Positions 1 through 13,141 of a stretch of DNA of 58,512 nucleotides are shown here, one piece after another (positions within the stretch are counted from its first letter, which is position 1; each line of letters opens with the position of its first letter). The stretch covers positions 1 through 58,512 of the forward strand of contig JAHLWZ010000887.1 of the NCBI GenBank assembly GCA_020536535.1. The letters are read 5' to 3'. A program made the translations under genes and the position numbers. This DNA is from Pelomyxa schiedti. Lineage: Eukaryota; Protista; Evosea. The notes beneath the pieces are model-generated. The model did not search any database. It had not been told where the DNA came from and worked only from the letters and a program-made list of their open reading frames with translations.

Positions 1-300
1 GAATAGGAGAATAGAGTAGAGAACAGAGAGCTTGGGAATCGCCCAAAATTGAAGGAGAATAGGAGAATAGAGTAGAGCTTGGGAATCGCCCAAATTTGAA
101 GGAGAATAGGAGAATAGAGTAGAGAACAGAGAGCTTGGGAATCGCCCAAATTGAAGGAGAATAGGAGGAGGAAGTAGAGAACACAAACATAGAGCTTGGG
201 AATCGCCCAAATTGAAGGAGAATAGGAGGCAGAGAACAACAAACATAGAGCTTGGGAATCGCCCAAATTGAAGGAGAATAGGAGGAGGAATAGGAGAATA
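1..300 (+). repeat. Minisatellite, 5 copies of a ~37-bp core AGAGCTTGGGAATCGCCCAAATTGAAGGAGAATAGGA with short purine-rich linkers
   Basis: Five near-identical cores, each with a TTGGG-aatcg-CCCAA hairpin. Linkers are low-complexity and resemble each other. Confidence 0.9.
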
Positions 301-653
301 CGAGGTTTACGTGGCTCTTTGGTTCTTACGTGCTTTCCTTTGCTTTGCCGGAGTACGGCTTGCTGCATTGCCGGCGGTGCTGTTGCTTTCGCACTTGTCT
401 TTTGTTTTCATTTTTATTTTTCCTTATTGTTTTTTGTTATAATTTTTATTTTTCCTTATTTCCTTTTTTTGTGCCATTTTAAGATTTGGGAATTTCCCGT
501 GGTCAACCGTGACCTTGTGTTTTACATGTAACGCGACTGCGGGAACGTTGTTACTGCTGTAACCCCTAGCCTCCCCTGGATCCCAGTCTCAAAGATGGAC
601 TTGCAACAACCTAAGAAAGAATTTATTCATGTACTTTTTTTTTAGAAACTTTG

Positions 654-2972
654 ATGTTGCGCCGCGGCCTCGGTCGTGGGCGAGGTATCGGCCCGTATCC
701 CGGGGTGTCGAGTCCATCAGCGGCCGCGAACGGCGTCCTCGACTCCCCCTCTCAACCAGTCGGCGGTCGCGGTGATGGCCTCCTCCCCATCCCCCTTGGC
801 GCCACGGCGGTGAGCACGAAGCCGCGGCGGCCCATAATGCCGGTGCAGCAGGTGCAACCACTGGAGTGGTTCCCTAGAAAAGAGCAGCAGCAACAGCCAA
901 GGGTGCCTTGCGTGATATCGAGGAACTCGGACGACAGGAAAGTACTGGCGGGACTGTCTTGCTATGATTGGGTCAGTAATCGTGGTGAATTCAAGACTTT
1001 GGTCACGCAAGATCGATCGATAGGCCAACTCTCCGTTCCTCGAATCAAAGACTTGTACCATAATAACGTGTACGCCGCCGTAATCTATCTATCCTCAATC
1101 CTACCTATGTTTGTTATTACTCACTTGGATTGTTTTTATTCGTTGTTGGCGAGATACAGATACTAATCTTTATTTGACAGAGTGCGAGTGAGTTTTCAGT
1201 ATAGTTCATGGAATACATTCATTTCCTTCAAAACCCCTGAAGCTTCTGTTGCAGCCTACAAAGAGGGAAATGGCATCCTTCAACCTGTTGTTGTGATGCA
1301 GCACAGTGAAAAAGAAAGTGCATCCGCAAGTAGTGCCGCTGCTGTCCATGTTCAGCGAGCACCCCAATACCCCCCAGAGCCAAGTGGTGGCCTGCAGTCC
1401 TCTGAAGAACATGCTCGAGAACCCGTACTATCTCCACCCCCAGTACGATTTCCAGAGGATGACGCTCTGGTACTTCAACTTGAGGGCCTTGGATATGTAA
1501 TAGAATCCTGGAATGACATCAAGTTCCCCGCAGCAACAAAGGAACTGGGGCAGGGTACCTTTGGAATTGTTCTCGAAGGTTCAATGCTCTTTGTTGGGTC
1601 ACACAGTCTATTCTAATCTCATCTTAATGCAGCAAAATTGTGGGGATGCCCCGTGGCAGTGAAGATGTTGGCCCCAGAAACAACAAACGAAAAGTTCTTC
1701 CAGGAAATCAGTCTTCTAAGGCGCTGCACAGGGAATAATGTTGTTCATCTGCAAGGTACATTCCCTTGTTTCTTAGTGGGATAATCTAAAATTGGTTCCT
1801 TGCCAGGTGTCTGTGTCCATGAGGGAAGGAAGATTATCATTCTTGAGTGGTGCGACACCGACTTACGCAAGGTACTGCACAGCATTGATAAAAAAGAGCT
1901 ACCAGAGAAACTCCGAGCCCAATGGAAAGATGGCTGGCCACTAGTAATAAAGATCAAGCTTGCACTGGGAGTGGTGAGACTCCATGACTGAAAGAAGTAT
2001 TAATTTTTCTTTTTCACCAGGCTCGAGGGGTCTCCTGGCTCCATAATCACGCCAGAGTTGTGCACAGGTCTGATCATCATTTCTTTTTTTCGTTTTCTAA
2101 CTTAAAACACAGAGACCTGAAACCCGCTAATTGTCTGGTTGACGGCTACTTCACTGTTAAGGTAATTACGCCATGCAATGCGGTGCTGGCTAACGAAATT
2201 AAAAAGGTGGCAGACCTGGGATCCGGGAAGCGGTTCCCCTTTTCGTTTGAAGCTGACGAACCTCCTGGAACATGTAACAGTTCTACACTGCACAAAGATT
2301 TAGTACTAATTCCCCAAGACGAATACCTGGGACCAGAGGTAATGATAGGCGGGGTTGAAGCTACAACATACAAACTGGACGTGTATGTGCACACCAACGT
2401 GGGTATTCCTTCGTTTTAGCTCATTTTTTTTGTTCTCAGATATGCATTTGGAATGCTGTTGTACGAATTGTTGGATGAAACCCCGGTCTTCCCCGAGTAT
2501 TTCAATGGTTTGTGCGCAGAAGATTTCGAGGGTCCAAAATATTACGCGGCTGTCGATGCACTTCAGGATGCTGTGATAGGAGGCAAGAGGCCCACGGTAC
2601 CCAAAGTTGTACCTAAGGGACCCGACAAAGGGGCTTTGACTCCTCAACCTTTGGTTCGTTCCAAATTTTTTTTCCCTACCTCTAAGTTGCACTCAGATCG
2701 ATCTGATAGAGGAATGCTTGGATGCCCAGCCAGAGAAGGTACGGGCCAATTGCCAAGTTAAAACCTAACGTCACACCCAGAGGCCAACAATGGAGGGAGT
2801 TGTTTCTAGACTCGAGGCTCTCTATGCTGTGTGCAAAGAAAGTAGTGGCCTGGAGGAACATGATGTACAGGAGGAAGCTGTTGCGGTTCCAGAAGCTGAG
2901 GAAGATGTGGAACTCGTAGAAGTTGATCCAGAGATTCCCCCCGAAACCGTATGGGTTGAGGATGACGAGTAA
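654..2972 (+). CDS. TKL-like protein kinase, multi-exon (left copy)
   Basis: Spliced motifs LGQGTFGIV, PVAVK, HR|DLKPAN, K|VADLG, YLGPE, DV|YAFGMLLYEL and RP are joined by canonical short GT-AG introns. Confidence 0.9.
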
Positions 2973-2989
2973 CACACATGGAAAAATTC

Positions 2990-4186
2990 CTTTTCTCCGC
3001 CCTCGTTTTTACTCTTTTGATTTTGTGGGTTGAATTTCATTTTGGCATCGAAGTTGCGGGACCTAGGCCTTCTCCAATCAACCATTACGGGCCTAATTAG
3101 GAGGATGGTTTTAGTGAGTGTTGGAGCATAGGTCCCAGGCATGGAAGTTTCCTCTGGAATTCCTACAGATGTGTTGAATATTGGAGTGAACTGTCCCCTT
3201 GCCACTGTGGTGCTGTAGACAGCCCTATCCACCTTGATTCTTGTGGTTTGGTGTGGATTCACTAGGCTGCTTTGGTTCACCGCTGTTGCTGTTGAAAAAG
3301 CTGTTGCTACTACTATGGGAGGGAGGGGAAACTCCAGTTCAACGAGTGAATAGAGTGGATCGACCACTTGGTGGACCAGAGTTCCTGCAATGATTGAAAA
3401 ATTATTATATAAGTGCCGCAAAATGAAAAGGAGGAGTAGAGAGGTGCATACCAAAGTTCCATACATCTGCTTTAGGATAACCACGAAGCTCAGGGCCCGG
3501 AAAGAAGTTGTTACTGTTCCGTTGTTTCGCAGCACTCTGTGACAGCTGACCCAAATGAGCAATCTTGTTTGTGTTGGTTGATTTATGAAGAAACCTCTTA
3601 CCTTGGGGGAATTGTGAGAGGAAACGGTTCAGTGAGTGGCACCAAGTTCCCTAGTGTAGTTGACAACATTGTCATGCTTTGGGATCTCCTTCAAGACAGA
3701 GATCACTGGCATCACTTGTTCTGCTACTGTCTGAGACATACCTTTAGTATGAAAACAGACTTGCTGCTGACGAAGCATGGGAAAAATGGATGTCCAATAA
3801 TTTGTTCGTCGAATCCTTAAGAGAAATGAGATCCGAAAAGAAACTGGATACCCAAGTTCCATGCTATCCAGGTTCTTCTCAGATTTCTTGTGCATTTTGA
3901 ACGAATGTTGTATATAAATTACAGGGAAATGGGCTTCCATGCTTCTGGGTTCAGGGATTTTCTGGTCATCCAGTAGAACATTGCAGATGTTGGCTTGGAA
4001 CAGCCACGGCGGCAGATTCAAGATTGGGTTATCACGAAGGTCCAACTTTTGGCAAGTGATTCCTGCAATTTGCTCTGGAACAGACTCCAAATTCAGGTGG
4101 GAAAGGTCCAACGTCTTGGTAGACTCTAGATTTTCACCTTGTGACCTACTAAAGGGGAGGGAAAGGAAAATGGGAACAAGAAACAT
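2990..4186 (-). CDS. Leucine-rich-repeat-containing protein (left copy; boundaries uncertain)
   Basis: TLDLSHLNLESVPEQI and KLDLRDNPILNLPPWL fit the LRR consensus LxLxxNxLxxLP. Confidence 0.55.
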
Positions 4187-4685
4187 GGAAGAGCCTCATG
4201 CCATTCAGAGGGATTTGAAACAAGTCAATGAGCCACTGTGCACACATGTTCTTCCTGATTACATTATCACGGAGGTGGAACAACAGGCAATTCTTTTTTG
4301 GTCTGATGTGGGGGTACCGCTAGCCAAACTGCCAAATTATCCACTTCAAACACGTTATATTAACAATCTCCGGCTGCGTTCAGAGGGGGGGTTCGTTGGC
4401 ACAGCACCGGCTGTGCTTGACAATCCACGCAACGCACGAGGAGCACAGCAGCCCCCCAGCTTCACTTAAATGAGGCGGTGCGAACCGATATCGTACCGCC
4501 GCGCATGAGCCCGCGGCACACGAGAGTCGTACAAAGGGGTAGGAGCGCCACGGCCCCTCAAGCAACTCGTGGATTGTTGGTGTTTCGGCGGATCCAATCG
4601 GGAAAACGAAACGAAACAGGGACGTTTTTTCAGTCTCAGGGAATTGTGATGCACACAAGTGGTAAGGTGGTGAGATGCAATGACA

Positions 4686-5778
4686 TTAAGAGAGGTCCTC
4701 GAGGTCAAGTGCCAGGCAACCATCGGAGTCAGGAATTGTTTTGTCCAAACCGTCCACTGTCAGAAGGTATTCTGTGAGCTCCTTGTGGCCACAGGATACA
4801 CTGTAGTGTAGTGCGGTTTGTCCATCAGAATCCTAGGGGATAGGAAACATTCCTTACGGTGAAAAAAAAAATGAGGTGTTACCTGGTGATTTACGTTGGC
4901 CCCTCTCCGCAACAGTTCTTTCACAAGATTCAAATGTCCGCGGTCGGCAGCCCACAAAAGAGGTGTCCTGTCTTCATCATCTGTGGCGTCTACTTCAGCT
5001 CCTTCCTTGTCCAGGAACTCAATTACTCGTGCCACATCGCCTTCACTCGAATAGTGGAAGATGTCTCTATATCAATTAGTACAATCTTCAGTGCTTGTCA
5101 TACTTTTCCACAGTGTCATCCTCTTTTGGTTTGCTGAAAACTATCCATGTACTTCTCTTTGGTGCCTGTAAGGTACATAAACATGTAAATAGTAGAAGTG
5201 AATACAACTTGTGAAGTTTCAGTTTGGCAAGCTGAGGCAGATTCTGCTGAGGAAGTTGTATTTGAGGTTTGAGCGATAGGTTTTGGTGCTGGTGAAAATG
5301 TTTCAACAAATTCAATGTACTTTTGCATTGCTACTTCCGTTGGCATACTGCCCAGACCTTTCCAAGCATCCCTAATTAAGGGTTAGCGAGTCTGTGCCAA
5401 CAAATAATAAAAATGTCCATTTATTAGAGCACTATATAAAGTGCCATACTTACCACTTTGCCTTTCCGGCAAAGTCGAAGTAACCACTCGGCCTAGGAGT
5501 ATTGACAGCACCGACAGTGGCCTACTATCCTTGGTTAAAAAAAAAAAAAAAAGCCTCGTGCACTTAACTACGCATCAACGTCGGCGTAGAGAGTAGGAAA
5601 TATGTGCATCACAGTACAGGTGCCGTACCTGTTTGTAAAGCGAATACATTGTCAACCTCTGATCATTTGACAGTGGTTCCGTGCATGCCCCGGCACGCTT
5701 TGCCGTTTCTTCAAACACCACAGATAAACATGCATCCACAGCACTCCCACTCACAACACCTCCTCCCGCAGTGCTCAT
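4686..5778 (-). CDS. Acyl-CoA-binding domain plus ankyrin repeats, ACBD6-like (left copy)
   Basis: ACBP motifs LSNDQRLTMYSLYKQ|ATVG...GKAKW|DAWKGLGSMPTEVAMQKYIEFV. Ankyrin motifs RTPLLWAADRGHLNLVKELLRRGANVN and DGQTALHYS. Confidence 0.88.
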
Positions 5779-5849
5779 CGACAAAGTTTTTTTTTATATA
5801 AAAAATGGCTTAATTCTTTAACATAACTTTTAGTCCGTCCTGTAGCTAT

Positions 5850-6690
5850 TCAGGTTGTGGACAGTGCGGGTCCTCTGGTGCTACGTGCGGTGGAGAATAC
5901 TGTGGTGATGCGGACCGTCTTGGTGGTGGGCACTGGGCTGAATCCTAGTTGGAATTGGCAGCCCAATGCCCACCTTGGTGTCTGAGGCTTCAAGGTGAGT
6001 GTTTGTTGGTCTATGACACAGCAGATTGGCCCCAGCTTCTTGTTGGTGTCGCCCCAGCCTGTGATGTACATGGGCACTATGACGGTCTGTGCGTGATAGG
6101 GTAGAAGAACAGACCAACGGTCTCGGCCTTAGAGTTCACTTTCACTAACGCCCTCAGGTCCATTCCTGGGAGAGCAACAACGCCACTCCCAATCACTGCC
6201 CACATCCACTACAGGAACATTGACCCTCTCCGAAACGAAAACTACACTAAATTAGCTTCAATCAACAAAGGTGAGTACAAACCTTCATGTACAGCGTACC
6301 AGAACTTAAAACAGACACTTCAGCCACTACGAACATCGTTAAAATCCAATAAACTAATTGAACATTGGTGGGATTCTCGTCACACTCGATGCACAGCTTG
6401 TTCAAGATGGCAGTGGTGGGTGCTGGTGCAGTCACACCTAATGAAGACGAGGTTGACAATCCGCGCCAGAACCAACATTGGTAGGTCAAGAGTGTGTTTC
6501 CCTGTTACGTCAAGTAAGTGCTTTCATAAAGAAACCGTACATACCTTTTCCACTTATGAACGTGTTCGAGGAAGTGATCTATGTGTGTAGAACTGCACAA
6601 GTACAACTTTTTAGCACACGCAACAGTCTCCCTCTCTGGAAGATCTGCGTCGTCACTGGCGAGCAGGCATAGCACATGAGGTACTATCGC
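5850..6690 (-). CDS. Hypothetical multi-exon protein (left copy)
   Basis: Several consecutive same-strand open segments separated by intron-like AT-rich gaps. No recognisable domain. Confidence 0.35.
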
Positions 6691-6843
6691 GTAGGAGCAG
6701 TTCGACGTCGTTACGCCGTGAAGGTGGCCAGACCAGTTGGTTTTTGTTTCCAGTAAAACAGGCAACGAGAAAAAACGAAAAAATTCTTTCGCTTCGACCG
6801 TCGGTCGGCCGACCGTAAGTAAGAGGTTGTTGTAGATCTGACA

Positions 6844-9507
6844 ATGAGCAACAAGGTGGTTGTAGGGGGTGGCGGCCATAAGGGCGCTGAGGCCGAGAGG
6901 ATGCGGAAGACCCTCGTGATTGGCGAGCACGAGAACCCACTCAAGACACTCGGTGACATAACAAAACTCTACCCCCGCGATTATGCCCCTCCCGCGACAT
7001 TGTCTCTGTCACTCAAGGAGACGACGATCCCGGACTTGGATCTGGTGTGCGCGTGTTTCGTATTTCGTATTTTTTTTTTACGCAGCACTTGAACTCCGAA
7101 ACGTTAACTTCTTTTTGGTTTAGGTTGTTGCAGAGTGCATCAAAACAGCTCAAGTTTGCGCATCCACTTTTCCGCAGTTAAGTCTGGAGCACGGTAGTTC
7201 TATTTCTTTGTTATTACAGTCTTTTTTTAAAATATCATTATTACAGGGGCAGCTGTGGCATTGTACTTCTTTGATTTTGGAAATACCACAGATGAAAACC
7301 CATATTGTATTTTGAACAAAGCACTGATAACCCGCAATATGTTGCAGCTGAGGCGGTGGAGAAGTTACATCTTCCTTTTATTGCAATCAATCAGGTTACT
7401 TCCTCGCTTCACTCCTCCTGGAACCGTTCTATTCCGCGGAATTTCTGAGCGTGTGCTACTTGATGCTGGACATTATGCAAAAGGTGAAATACACTCTTCA
7501 ACAAAAAAGTAACCCAAATCAGGAAATAAGATCATGTGGCATACATTCTGCTCGGTATCAACTGACATGAATGCTACAAAAAACTACTTGGTCACTTCAA
7601 GTGGAAACTGTGACGGCACCCTTTTTATCATCCATAATGCTTGGGGTTATGATGTCACTCCCTATGCTGGAAGTTCTTCTCAAGGTTTCTTCTTTGTCCG
7701 GTTTCCATTTTCATGACCCCAGCCAGAAATTCTTCTTGAGCCAGAGTCAACATTTGAAGTAGGAGAAATAGTGGATACAGGTTTGATTGTTATTGATTTA
7801 GTGATGGTTGGCTCCTCTCTCCTTCTTTCCGATATGGTTTCGTCCTTTCCTGCTCAACAACCTGCTGTCCCTTCTGCATCTGCCTCTGTGGCTTCCCCTC
7901 CACCCTCTGCACCAGTGGTATCCCCTCCACCAACATTAACAACACCGGCACCAACCCAAAAAGAAAAAAGAAGACCGCATACCTCAAAGCAACTAGTTGT
8001 GCATGCACTGCTTCACTGGGAAGCGAGTAAAATCAAAGAGTGCATCAAATCAGTTGAAAAGGCTGCCTCTCGTCAGAAATCTCTATACCTTCCAGCGATT
8101 ATGATATACAGAGCTGTGGTTCTACAAGTTGGAGAGAAGCACCTTGGGATAGACCCCCCACAAAGTCTGCAGTCAGTTACACCCTTGAGGGAAGAGCCAT
8201 TCAAACACCTCATTGAAAAACTACAACGTGATGGCGATGTTTTCTTGTCAGAAGGCGCAGAAATTTCCAATGAGTTGGAAGTGCTTTATCCACAGTTCTC
8301 AAACACCTCCGTTTCATACTTTGTTGGAATGTGGTCATACTATGTACAGAAGGAATTTGATTCCGCTTATCACATTTTCCACCGCCTGTCACGCATCAAC
8401 CATCCACCATCAATGAACAGCTGTGCACTCATGCTCGAGAAAGGGGAAGGTACAGAACTCAAACAAAGAAAGGCCGCTGTGCTTTTCACAAAGGCCACTG
8501 CCGCGGGGCATGCTGGTGCTACTGTAAACCTTGGCTTATGCTACTGGACAGGAAATGGTGTTGAAATGGATGCCACTCGCACAGAGAATCTTCTACAACA
8601 AGCCGGTGATGTGGGGCACACTGGAGCGCATTATTTACTTGCCATGCTTCTTATCAGTAACGGAAATCCTGCTCAACGGCCCCGCGCAGTTTCCCTGTTG
8701 CAAATGTGTGCCAACAGCGCAGATAGTCATGCAATGGAAACTGTTGGGGATCTTTACAGTGACGACACCTATCTCCCCAGAAATGCAGAGGAGGCATGTG
8801 AATGGTATAAACGGGCCTCTGCTCTTGGAAACGCAAGTGCCACTTATAAACTTGGGCTTATGTATGAGAGGGAGTACCTCGATCTTCCTGCCTGTTACGA
8901 ACAGTATCTAAAAGCGGCGCAAATGGGCAACTTTGACGCCCTATCTCAAATTGGGTGGTGCAATGAACACGGCTTTGTAGTTCCCCAGGACACCACTACC
9001 GCATTTAGACTATACCAGGAGGCTGCCACCGGAGGCAGTAACTGTGGCCTCTACCAGCTAGCTCTCTGCTATGAAAAGGGAGTTGGAACACCAGTGGACC
9101 TCGAAGAGTCCCGCAGGATGCTTGGCCTTGCTGCCGCCGCCGGTAACCAGCTCGCAAAAGAAAAAATTGCTGCGCAAGCCACCCAAGTACCCACACCAAC
9201 ACAAACAACAACCGCGGCACCGGTACCAACCCAACCAAGCCCAACTCCCGCAACAACACATCCAACGCCAACAACCGCAGCTTCTGCGGCAAATGCAGAG
9301 AAGCCCGCAGCAAAGACTCCAGGCTGGCTGGAGTGGCTCAACGCGGTCGTGGGAACAGAAACCTCAACCTCTCATGCGGCACCTCCACCAAAGCCGGCCC
9401 ACCCACCACCAAAACCTTCATCAGACGTTCTGCTACAAAACGAACTGAATGACATTGCCTCAGGAACAGGTGGGTGGATAAACACATTGAAGTCTGTGTT
9501 CTTTTAG
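6844..9507 (+). CDS. R-S-E type mono-ADP-ribosyltransferase domain fused to SEL1-like repeats (left copy)
   Basis: ART motifs TVLFRGI, WHTFCSVST, GTLFII and SQ|EILLEP (intron 7685-7726). SEL1 repeats include NLGLCYWTGNGV, YKLGLMYE and YQLALCYEKGVG. Confidence 0.8.
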
Positions 9508-9580
9508 AAATGGTGTAACAGATAAGGATTGCTTTTTTTTTTTTAATTGTTTCCCTATTGGCATTAAATAGATAGTAAAA

Positions 9581-12500
9581 CTACTCTGTATCGTCCTTCA
9601 AAGGTTTTCTGTGGTGGGTGAGCCTTCTGATATGCCGGAATGCAACAGTCTTGTCTGTGAGGCGATACTGCTGAGGCGGGAGGGGTGCCAGTTGGAAAAT
9701 GGGTGTGGTTGTAGTGCTTGGTGTTGAAGGGATTGATTCGGGGCTGAATTCTCCTATGCTGTTGTTGTCTGTGTGGTCTGTGGTGTCTTTGGTTGTTGGT
9801 GTTGGTGCAGGCGTCGGTGTGCTGGGATTTTGTTGGAGTGGTGCTGGAGCTGTTTGGGTGTCTTGGAGACGGTGAAGCCAGCTGCTTTGCAGGACTTTTT
9901 CAGTGACCTTGATGTCAGACATTGGGTCCCGTTCATCAAGGAGGTAACACTGCACAAACTGTTAGTTGAAGGGGTTGGTACCGAAAAACATGCCTGTTCT
10001 ATGGTGTGCATTGGAGACACAAAAGCCACTACAAGCTCTCCAGGATCAGCCCAACTGAACCGGAGGAGGAATGTGCCAACGGGACTGCAGCTGAGCATTT
10101 CGTTGGCATTATCTCGTGAAGTAAACCCTGACACTAATTGGGGGTCTTTGCTATCCCAAACAAAAGGAATCTGAATGTGTTGGTAAATACAAGAAATGTC
10201 AATAGTTCTGGTACCTTTTTTATTTGGGAGGCTGTTCTTGTTAGCCACAACAGTAGATCAGAAAACTCGCCTGTGGAAAGACTTATTGGGCAAACACGTA
10301 CGCGGTCTTTTACCTGTCTCTTCGATTTGCCTTAGGGAGTGTAGATCCGCTGGGGAGAGTTTGCGCTTTACAGTCCCACAAGTTTGTTCAAATAACTCCA
10401 CAAGTTCCTGTTCTCGCTGGGAAGACCAGTGACCAAAGTGCTGCAAAATTATGAGAATAGGAATTTTGGCTGTGAAGGTTACCAGGGTATTTTCTGGATT
10501 GAACATAGACAATCTTGCCATCTTAGGGTTTTGCCCAAAGAGGTTTAGGCCGGGGGAAACAAAGGTAAAACTGCAAGGAGGTGTATTGTTCTGGGGGGAG
10601 CTGCTCTCCAGCAACTCCTGCCTTGTATTTTCTGTGGCAAAAGTCATATGTGGCGAGTTACTGCTCTGCTGTATTTGTTGGTGTGGTGATGATGTGTGCT
10701 GAGATACAACTGGGAGAAATTTAGTTTGTGTTGTGGGAGACCCTGTCTTTACTTCTGATTGGGGAACGACAGATGATAAAGGGGCTTGCACTTTTTGAGC
10801 TTGGTCCGGGAGGACTTGTTGTTGGGGGCCATGCAAATCCTGGCGTGCAGTCTCTTGAGGGGATAAAGGGTGAATATGACTTTGCTGTTGCGGTATTGGG
10901 GCAGCGGGGGATCCGTGGAAGGCTTGTGACAGTGGGGGATTATTGTTACATGGAATTTGTGGTGAAGCTTGGTAATGTGAGTGTTGTGTAAAGTCTGACT
11001 GGTATGGCTGGAAAATTGTATCTGAGGGAGCTTGAATAGATTTCAGACCTTGCGGTTGTTCGTTCATGTTCAATGTAGGCTGTGTTGATAGAAAATATGT
11101 CGAGGGAGTCTCCGCCAGATATTGTGGGAAGAGGTCTGTGTCAAATGATAGGGGTAGTACTGGTTGGAACTGAGTTGATGATAAACCCAACTCATTCTGT
11201 TGTTGCCCAAAAAAAGGTGACGACACAAAAGAAAACGTTTGATTCTGCTGCTGTACGGATGGGGGAGCCATCATTGTGGTTGTGGGTGTGTTTGCAACAG
11301 GGAAGAACCCAGAAGGGTTTGATGATGGAAGCTGGTCAACAGGTTGGAATGTTGCAGGTAAAAAGGTTGGTGTGGCCGCTTGCTTAGTTGGAGTGAATGG
11401 TGGAGGAATCCCTCCTGTTGGTAAAACTACATACTCAGGTGAATGATGGCCATGTTGTGTGAGTGTATGTGTGTTTTGCGAAAAGCATGAATGCTGACTA
11501 TTGTGGCAGTTTGAGTGTAAGTGACACTGGCATGGTTGGGGTTCATTAGGATTGTAGCTTGGCTTACGGTTCATTTTGTGTGTTGGATTATGTCGATGTG
11601 ACACGGGTGTGCATGCCAACACAGAATCTAGAGCCGAATTAATCCCTGCAGTCTGCAAAAGAAATTGACATACCAATTTTCTTTTGCTTGGAAAATGTTC
11701 TAACTGGGAAGTCTGTGGTCAATAAAAGCTGGTCCTTATAGTTAAGGTAGAATCTCACTATAGTCGAATGTTAGCACCAAATGGCAGCGGGAGGAGCGTA
11801 CATTTCCATACTGCTCCTCTGCCTGCACTCAGAATGCATATCCTAGGAAAGACAGCGACACCTTCTTCATTCACTGGAACGGGGTCTCTGGATATTGTAA
11901 GAAAAAAGAAAAAAAAAAAAAAAAGAGAGAAATGTACCCTCCCCTGATCAAGTCATTTTCAAATTTCTCTACAGGTGGTGAGGCAGCACCAGGTTCAGGC
12001 TTGCATGTAGTTATCAAGCAACAACCCATGAACAGAAAAGGCTGTATGTGAGTTGCAACAATAAAAGAAAAGTCTCCCTGCAGTAACCACCTTCATTAAG
12101 GTAAAGATAGACATACCCCACCCATGCACCACAAAGATTAAAAAGAAAAACCATGTGGGAAGATTTCAATACCTGAACTAAGACAGAGAATTTATAGGTT
12201 GACGAGCCACCCTTGAGAACACAAGACCCATCCTTCATCTGAGAAAAAGGGTACTCAATCACACTTAGGCTAGACCAGATAATTAGAGGGAGAAGCTTTG
12301 GGCAAGAAAAAGTGGGGTTTTTAAATAAAAAAAAAAAAAAAAAAAAAAAAAGAAGAAGAAGGAACACTACAAACCTGCATGCTCGGATATATTCTAACAC
12401 ATCACTGATAAGGTTCTCGCCAGACAGACGTCCTCCACCCTCACACATTTGCGGTTCAATTGAAGGAGCGAGGCCAAACGTCGGGGCCGAAAGGCGGGGA

Positions 12501-12946
12501 AGTGACGGCAATTCACCAGGCTGAAAATCTCCCTGCAGTTTTAACGGAATCGGCTGAATGGAATTTGACAAGTCTTCGTCGCCTCCCTGCTGTCGCTGCT
12601 GCTGCTGTTGTTGTGGCACTTGCACTTGCGTATCTTGCTGTTGTTGCTGCTGCTGCTGCTGATTATTATGGGGTGCGCAAGGTGCAACGGCGTCGGCACC
12701 GCAATTGTGGGACGTGGCAGTGGCGCGCAGATCGGCGCACGGCGGCGTGGAACTGGTAGCGGCCGCCTTGGCCTGCGATTCGCCGGGAACGAAGGTGCTG
12801 CTAGTAGTAGACGAGGAAACAGACGGCGACGCCGACGACACGACGGGGGGCTGCTGCGAGTCCCCGCATTCCAGGGACGCCAGCAGGGTGCCCAGCAGAT
12901 CGTCCTCCGAACAACCCGCCGTAGATCCTTGCTGTGTACCGTCCAT
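9581..12946 (-). CDS. STAT-like SH2-domain protein with Q/P-rich regions (left copy)
   Basis: SH2 signature GFTSRDNANEMLSCSPVGTFLLRFS...PGELVVAFV. It is preceded by a linker-like KRKLSPADLHSL and by N-terminal beta-rich exons. Confidence 0.72.
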
Positions 12947-13141
12947 CAAACTGGTATTTTTTCTTCTTCTTGAACTCTTCCTGGAAGAGAGAACTCTTTC
13001 TGAGGCTCCTCAACGAAGCTGACGAGATATGCCCCAAGTGGACACTCCGTCCTGTTACTTGGCTCACCCACTCGTATGAGAACCAACCAACAAAAAAAAC
13101 AGACAACTTAGATAAAATCAAAAAAACGGTCAGGACACACG

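Noticed and set aside
1-300. CRISPR-like look: hairpin repeat followed by ATTGAAG with variable linkers
   Set aside because: Linkers are short, low-complexity and similar to each other. There are no cas genes and the context is spliced eukaryotic DNA.
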